Of a stretch of DNA of 28,041 nucleotides, positions 22,146 through 28,041 are shown piece by piece. The DNA comes from Methanocaldococcus jannaschii DSM 2661. Its GTDB lineage: Archaea > AGJL01 > Methanococci > Methanococcales > Methanocaldococcaceae. The notes below the pieces were generated by a model, which saw nothing but the letters and a program-made list of their open reading frames with translations, ran no database searches and was not told the origin of the DNA. Each line of letters opens with the position of its first letter. Positions within the stretch are counted from its first letter, which is position 1. The stretch is from the NCBI RefSeq assembly GCF_000091665.1, contig NC_000909.1, forward strand, positions 325,539 through 353,579. The letters run 5' to 3'. A program made the translations under genes and the position numbers.

Positions 22146-23980
22146 TTAATTTTTTTAAACAAATTACAGATCATGAGCCTTATGATTATCAAATTAGGGC
22201 ATGGGAAAAGATTAATAAAATTATGGAACTTGGGGGGAGGGTAGTAATAGAGATACCAACTGCTGGTGGAAAAACAGAAGCAGCAATTATTCCCTACTTA
22301 TATCAATTCATCTCCAACGATTGGAAAGTTCCAAGATTAATCTATGTTCTTCCGACACGTTCACTTGTTGAAAAACAGGTAGAAAGAATCAGGAATTATA
22401 TTAAAAAAATTCTTGAAATAAAAGGATATTCAAAGGATAAAGTTGAGGAATTAGCTAAAAAAATAGTTCAAGTTGAGTATGGATTAGAGGAAACCCATGC
22501 TTTCTTAGGGTTTGTTGTTTTAACTACTTGGGATACATTTCTTTATGGGTTAGCAGCCCATAGGACTGTTGGAGATAGATTTACCTTCCCATGTGGGGCA
22601 ATTGCTCAAAGTTTAGTAGTTTTTGATGAAATACAGATGTATCAGGATGAAAGCCTTTACATGCCGAGATTGATTGGATTGGTAGTTAAAAGATTGGTAG
22701 AAGCTAACGTTCCATTAGTCTTTATGACAGCGACACTTCCAACAGAGCTTAAAAAAATACTTGGCATACACGATGAAGAACCAATAACCGTTAATCCAGA
22801 AGATACGAAAAAACCAGAGAGAGGAGAAGTAGTTGTTGAATTTAAGGAAAAATTAAGTGACGAAGAACTTAGTAATGAAATCAAAAAAGCAATAAATGAA
22901 GGAAAAAAGGTGTTGATAATAAAAAACACTGTAAACAGTGCCATAGAGGTTTATGAAAAAGTAAAGCAACTTGGAAATTCATTACTCCTACACTCAAGAT
23001 TTACAGTAGAAGATAGAGCAGAAAAAGAGAAAGACATTGATAAAGCCGAGATAATTGTTGCTACACAGGTGGTTGAAGCAGGTTTGGATTTGACAAATGT
23101 AGGGCTTGTAATAACTGATTTAGCTCCATTAGATGCATTAATACAAAGAATAGGAAGATGTGCAAGAAGAAAAGGAGAAAGAGGCAAAGTAATAGTTGTA
23201 TTGCCAAATTTTAATGAGAAAATAAATGAAGACCATAGGGAAAAAGTAATTTTAGGATTTAAAAATATCCCATTTGAAAATGCCTATGTAACACTGGTAA
23301 ATAACAAAGATTATGGGAGAGTTATTGAATTAACTATTGAAACAATTGAAGAGAAAAAAGGAAAGAGCAAAATCGTCCCTAAAAAGTTTTACATCGGTGA
23401 TTTGGGAAACAAGACAATAAGAAAGCTTATTGAAAATAACAAAATTCTGAAGAAAAAAGATCTATACTTTATTCCATATTCAACACAGCCCTATGATCCA
23501 TTAATTATGATAAAAAGCTTTGATGAAGTTGAAAGTGTTAGTGAATATTTATACGACATAATTAAAGCTCGTGAGGCTTTAGATAGGGTTTATAAGGAAT
23601 ATTATGAAAACAACATAGTCCCTAAAGACTATTACTCTGCCTACATATATTTCAGAGAGTTAAAACTCTTTTCTACACCTCCAGAATATGAACTCAAGGC
23701 AAGACCAGAAATGTTTGCAATATTGTATCCATTAGAAAATGCTGAAGAAAAAGTAAAAAATAAAGAAATAATTGAGTTTAATCCAAAATATGTTATTCGT
23801 GTGAGCTATAACTGGCTTAAAAACAAGTGGGAGAAGTTTGATAAAAAATTTGAGTTAATTAAAGAATACGATGAGAAAGGTTGGATATGTAGTCTTAAAA
23901 AAGCTGGAAAACTACAACCTTACAAAATCTACATAATTGATGACAAATATTACTCTAAAGAAACTGGGATAATAATTTAA
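22136..23980 (+). CDS. cas3': Cas3' helicase (type I-A)
   Basis: 614 aa; Walker [43 protein letters not shown]; no HD domain. Confidence 0.95.
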
Positions 23981-23986
23981 CAAACT

Positions 23987-24721
23987 TTGATTTTGGGTGA
24001 GATTATGGAAGTTTTAGCCTTTAAAAATCAATCCCTTATTGATCATGTTAACGATATGGTCAAATATTGGGAGAGAATAAAATATAGATACTTAAAAACT
24101 ATAAAGAGAGCTTTAGAGGCTTTAAACATAAAGTTAGATATCGAAAAAGTTGATGAATTTATGAAGATTTTGATAAAACTTCACGATATTGGTAAAGCTT
24201 CAAAGATATATCAAAGAGCTATCATTAACGATCAAGAAAAACTCATGGGCTTTAGACATGAGCTTGTTAGTGCTTACTATACTTATCACATTCTCCTTAA
24301 AAAATTTGGTGATAAAAACCTTGCCTTCATTGGAGCTTTAACTGTAATGCTCCACCATGAGCCGATTATTATGGGTCAAATAAGAAATCTTAAAAAGAAA
24401 GAATTGACAGCTGAAGTCGTGCTTGATAAGCTAAAAAAGTTTGATGGAATGATTGAAGATTTTGAAGATCTTATTAAAAAGTTAATTGGATATTCAATAG
24501 GGGATATAATTAAAAATGATTCTAATAAGGACGATATTATCAGATTTGTTATCGAAATGAGTGTTAGAGCAAGACATACACCAAATTCAGAGAAGCTTAG
24601 ATTTATTGTTGGAACTCTGCTTTTACCTTTAGTCATGTGTGATTATAAAGGGGCTGAGAGTAGAGAAGGAAAAGCTCCAAAGTTTGCAGAAGTTTTGGAG
24701 GTTGAGAGTTATGTTATTTGA
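23987..24721 (+). CDS. cas3'': Cas3'' HD nuclease
   Basis: 244 aa; DHVNDM, LHDIGKASKIYQ, RHELVSA, HHEPIIM; matches my recollection of the characterised MJ0384. Confidence 0.93.
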   Translation: MILGEIMEVLAFKNQSLIDHVNDMVKYWERIKYRYLKTIKRALEALNIKLDIEKVDEFMKILIKLHDIGKASKIYQRAIINDQEKLMGFRHELVSAYYTYHILLKKFGDKNLAFIGALTVMLHHEPIIMGQIRNLKKKELTAEVVLDKLKKFDGMIEDFEDLIKKLIGYSIGDIIKNDSNKDDIIRFVIEMSVRARHTPNSEKLRFIVGTLLLPLVMCDYKGAESREGKAPKFAEVLEVESYVI

Positions 24722-25766
24722 GACACCAGGATATAATGAGATACTTGATTTATATATAGCTTATGGAGTAGTTGAGTGTTTAGTTAGAGAAGGCGTTGAA
24801 AATCTCAGATTTTTCCCAATTGGGAATAAATATTGTATTGTAGTTGAAGAACCTACTAATGTAAATATTAAAAATAGAATTGAAAAGGGAATGTTAAATG
24901 CATTGGAGGATATGCTTTCCCTGCATAAAGCTATTGGTAAGTATATTTCCACAAAGGAGGATATCAAAATTATAAGTGATGTTGATTTTAGTGCAGGTGC
25001 AAATATTAATAACGTTTATTGGGATGGAATTCCAAAAACTCTTGAAAAGATAAAAGAAAATATTAAAAAAGGAAAATTATCTACAAAGAGTAAAAATACA
25101 GTGCCACTTACTTTAATGCCAGCTGCTGGTAAATATATGCCAAAAATTTATGGTGTAAAAGGTGGAAATCCAATAAAAATAGATGATTCCAACTATGCCC
25201 TTGCCTGGATTGGTTTCCATTATTATGCTCCATACATAAATATATCAGACAATAGAGCAACATATATTCATATTTATGCCATAAAACCTCTTGAAGAATT
25301 AGGACTTATTGAAATCCTTGCTTTAAAAGATTTAAAAAAGAAAATTAACAACTATCAACTTGGAAAATATAAATTTTTTGTAAATAAAAAATTGGCACTG
25401 CTATATCATTTAACCCATACTGAATCAATAAGTGCCTTGGAAATAGTTACAAAAAAGAATTTTTCAGTTGTTAGTTACACTCTCGAGAATGTTGATAACA
25501 ATCAAGCAATACGATCTTTTGGAGAGTATGATTTATCAAAACTTATGGACTTTTTATGGTATTTAAAAGCTACTGATTTCTATAATACAATCCAGTTTGT
25601 AGATAACATACTTAGAGGTGATTTAGAAGTTTCCCTAACCTTCATAGATGGTATTCTTTATGATGACTTAGATGCAGTATATTCAGCTATAAGAAAGTTA
25701 AAAAGTGTAAGAATATCTCCTCTAATTATTCAGAGTATTTTGGAATGGTTTGGAAATTTTTATTAA
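24711..25766 (+). CDS. cas8a2: Cas8a2/Csa4 large subunit (type I-A)
   Basis: ORF 24639-25766; I prefer the ATG at 24711 (MLFETPGYNEILDLYIAYGVVE), which overlaps cas3'' by only 11 nt. Assigned from synteny and Csa4-like N-terminus. Confidence 0.75.
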   Translation: MLFETPGYNEILDLYIAYGVVECLVREGVENLRFFPIGNKYCIVVEEPTNVNIKNRIEKGMLNALEDMLSLHKAIGKYISTKEDIKIISDVDFSAGANINNVYWDGIPKTLEKIKENIKKGKLSTKSKNTVPLTLMPAAGKYMPKIYGVKGGNPIKIDDSNYALAWIGFHYYAPYINISDNRATYIHIYAIKPLEELGLIEILALKDLKKKINNYQLGKYKFFVNKKLALLYHLTHTESISALEIVTKKNFSVVSYTLENVDNNQAIRSFGEYDLSKLMDFLWYLKATDFYNTIQFVDNILRGDLEVSLTFIDGILYDDLDAVYSAIRKLKSVRISPLIIQSILEWFGNFY

Positions 25767-26026
25767 ATAATATCATCAATTGGATTCTTTTCTAAACCTA
25801 AAATCTCTCTTTTTGGCATAAAATTTAATGGAAATTGGTAGATAATTACTGAATCTTCATCTTCATCAATAATTCTCAAAATTCCATCTTTTATTCTTTC
25901 AAACTCTGCCTTTGTAACTTCTCCCTCAAAAACACTATTCTGAACCCAATTTAAGTGCTTTCTCAAAAAGCTTTTTATCTTATTTACTCTTGAAACATTC
26001 ACATCATAGACAATAATAACATACAT
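25763..26026 (-). CDS. cas2: Cas2
   Basis: MYVIIVYDVNVSRVNKIKSFLRKHLNWVQNSVFEGEVT is the canonical Cas2 N-terminus; the ORF-track start at 26107 adds 27 residues. Confidence 0.95.
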   Translation of the reverse strand: MYVIIVYDVNVSRVNKIKSFLRKHLNWVQNSVFEGEVTKAEFERIKDGILRIIDEDEDSVIIYQFPLNFMPKREILGLEKNPIDDII

Positions 26027-26155
26027 ACTCTCATCTTGAAGAAGGTTTCTTATATTTTTAATTTTCTTCAAGATTTTATTTACATAGTCCCATTCTTTTT
26101 TTAACATTGATTATCTTCTAATGAGTTTCCATTCCCTTCTCCCTATTCATCTGTT

Positions 26156-26930
26156 GTTTCCATTCCCTGAGGGATCTGATTTTACGGAGTTGAAGCTCAT
26201 AAAATTGTCCAAGATGTCGATTTATTTCCATTCCCCGAGGGATCTGATTTTACATTCAATAAAAAAAAATAAGATAAAAAATCTTATTTAAGATTTCCAT
26301 TCCCTGAGGGATCTGATTTTACGTCATCTTCTATTTGTTGTATGTATTTTAATACGGTATTTCCATTCCCCGAGGGATCTGATTTTACCATATTGCTCTT
26401 CCCCATCTGGTTCATCAGTGTAAGCATTATTTCCATTCCCCGAGGGATCTGATTTTACTATTTTTCCAATTGTTCAGGGGAAAGTCCTCCCTTCATTTCC
26501 ATTCCCCGAGGGATCTGATTTTACGTGGATTACCAGCTGATATGGGATTAGGTAGTGGATTATTTCCATTCCCCGAGGGATCTGATTTTACGATGAGAGA
26601 GTTATTTATGTAAGTGTTAAAGTTGTAGAAATTTCCATTCCCCGAGGGATCTGATTTTACATAATAATAGAGATAATACAGTTCCCAAAATGAATAAATT
26701 TCCATTCCCCGAGGGATCTGATTTTACTTAACTCAACTTTTATTGAAGTTATTTTTATGTTGATTTGTATTTCCATTCCCCGAGGGATCTGATTTTACAC
26801 AATAGAGGTAAAAGAGGTTATAGGGTAATATTTGATTTCCATTCCCCGAGGGATCTGATTTTACGATTTAATCTGAGTATTTTGTACATTTTGAGGAGCA
26901 ATTTCCATTCCCCGAGGGATCTGATTTTAC
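26156..26930 (-). CRISPR. CRISPR array, 12 repeats of 30 bp and 11 spacers of 35-42 nt
   Basis: Repeat ATTTCCATTCCCCGAGGGATCTGATTTTAC starting at 26156(G-first variant),26224,26293,26359,26429,26495,26562,26631,26698,26770,26835,26901. In crRNA sense GTAAAATCAGATCCCTCGGGGAATGGAAAT, so minus-strand transcription is inferred. Confidence 0.97.
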
Positions 26931-27300
26931 AGGGGGACTTTTTCAATATATTATACCTTAACTCTCCTGATATTTAAGCTTTTCTATACCATAATTTCTT
27001 AAGGATAAATAACCGTTTTGCAATATAAACCTTATGGTAGTTAAATTCTTATTTCTTTAATAAAAATAATCATTTTTATCACTTTAAATTTGAAAGTGTT
27101 TGTTATTTATTGGGGAAATCTTACTCCTAAATGTATTTAGCCCTTACTCCCAAAAACCTAAATAATTTAATACATCCAAATTAATAAAATGTTTAAAATA
27201 AGCCACCCTTAGAAATCAAATTTAAACTTCTATTAAATAAGTTAAGAAAAGAGTTAAAGAAATTAATTCCAAATATAAAATCTTTTAACGTGATACTATT
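26931..27300 (-). promoter_or_regulatory. Probable CRISPR leader
   Basis: ORF-free AT-rich sequence on the upstream side of the array given the inferred minus-strand orientation; the degenerate repeats are at the opposite end. Confidence 0.6.
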
Positions 27301-27304
27301 CAAA

Positions 27305-27604
27305 TTACTTCTTTTCCTTTAGTTCGTCCAGTAAAGTATCGCACATTTTAATAATATCTCTCAACCCTTCCTTTAAAACTTCTAAAGGGTCTGTTCCCTC
27401 TTCAGTAATTATAGTTATCTTTGGGTTTGATATATACCTTCCAGTTTCTGGATGTAATAATGGATGGTCTATAGAGTAGGATGCCATCTTAACTCCTTCT
27501 TTTGTTAATAAAATGTCTTTTAATAGATTTGGTAATGAATGGTCTTCATTAATTAGTTCAATCTCTACCAAATTATCTTTCCTCTCCAATATCTTTATCT
27601 CCAT
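27305..27604 (-). CDS. rpoL: DNA-directed RNA polymerase subunit L (Rpo11)
   Basis: 99 aa; NEDHSLPNLLKDILL...ASYSIDHPLL...PKITIITEEGTDPLEVLKEGL. Confidence 0.93.
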   Translation of the reverse strand: MEIKILERKDNLVEIELINEDHSLPNLLKDILLTKEGVKMASYSIDHPLLHPETGRYISNPKITIITEEGTDPLEVLKEGLRDIIKMCDTLLDELKEKK

Positions 27605-28016
27605 CTTCTCCCTCCAATAAAGCTTTTTTAGCCAAGTTTATATCCTTATTTAAAACTATTCTACCTTCTTCCTCTCTAAAGAATCCTTTTTCTAAAGCTT
27701 CCTCAATAACATCATCAACTGGCTTTTTAGTAATGTATGAAACTAAAACTACTAAATTTTTAACGGGCTTTGACCCAAGATTTGAAAATCTTAACTCTTG
27801 AGATAATTCGTGGAGTTCTCCCAATATTTCATTGAATTTGTTAATATCTACATTTGTTTTTATAGCGTTTTCATCTTCCAAGTATATAACTTTATATCCT
27901 AAAGTTTTTAGTGCATCTATTATTAAGTTTTTATTAACTGGATATTTTAATTCAAATAATGGATATTTATACAACCCTTCATCATCTTTTTGATATTTTC
28001 TCTTGACTTTTTCCAT
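27573..28016 (-). CDS. Conserved hypothetical protein upstream of rpoL
   Basis: 147 aa; overlaps the rpoL start; family not recognised with confidence. Confidence 0.7.
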   Translation of the reverse strand: MEKVKRKYQKDDEGLYKYPLFELKYPVNKNLIIDALKTLGYKVIYLEDENAIKTNVDINKFNEILGELHELSQELRFSNLGSKPVKNLVVLVSYITKKPVDDVIEEALEKGFFREEEGRIVLNKDINLAKKALLEGEDGDKDIGEER

Positions 28017-28041
28017 AACTTCCCTAATTGTTCTATAATTC

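Noticed and set aside
22136-24721. Separate cas3' and cas3'' as a broken fused cas3 gene
   Set aside because: Both are full-length with complete motifs, and a split arrangement is normal for type I-A; not a pseudogene.
26493-26977. ORFs at 26493-26705 (-) and 26765-26977 (+)
   Set aside because: They translate CRISPR repeats and spacers (repeating SDPSGNGN or FHSPRDLI); artefacts of the array.

Overview
AT-rich thermophilic methanogen DNA. Gene content and order, and several proteins I recognise (the small knotted MJ0366-like protein, the MJ0384-like Cas3'' HD nuclease), point to Methanocaldococcus jannaschii or a very close relative; that is recalled knowledge, not a database match. Four blocks: (1) 1 to ~8950 is the right part of an integrated element with MCM helicase, AbrB-like and wHTH regulators, DnaQ-like exonuclease, ASCH-like protein, knotted RHH-like protein and tyrosine recombinase, ending at a 3' tRNA-Ser fragment (att-like). 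(2) ~9.0-14.4 kb is core genome: topoVI-A, ftsZ, secE, nusG/spt5, rpl11 and a DedA-PAP2 fusion. (3) 14.4-26.1 kb is a type I-A CRISPR-Cas locus (cas6, extra fused HD-helicase cas3, cas4, cas1, csa3, csa5, cas7, cas5, cas3', cas3'', cas8a2, cas2) followed by a 12-repeat array. (4) The right edge has rpoL and a conserved hypothetical gene. Best candidates for something new: a three-gene minus-strand operon at 399-1908 that looks like an archaeal toxin-antitoxin-chaperone system (ADP-ribosyltransferase-like toxin, small antitoxin-like protein, SecB-like chaperone, in the CmdT-A-C order); a helically phased 3 x 32 bp iteron array at 282-377; a perfect TTACTTCGAAGTAA palindrome in the csa3/csa5 divergent promoter with a near copy before cas1; a hairpin-rich insertion between cas4 and cas1 flanked by a duplicated cas4 3' end; and two unannotated paralogous small membrane ORFs (WYFKLGG motif).
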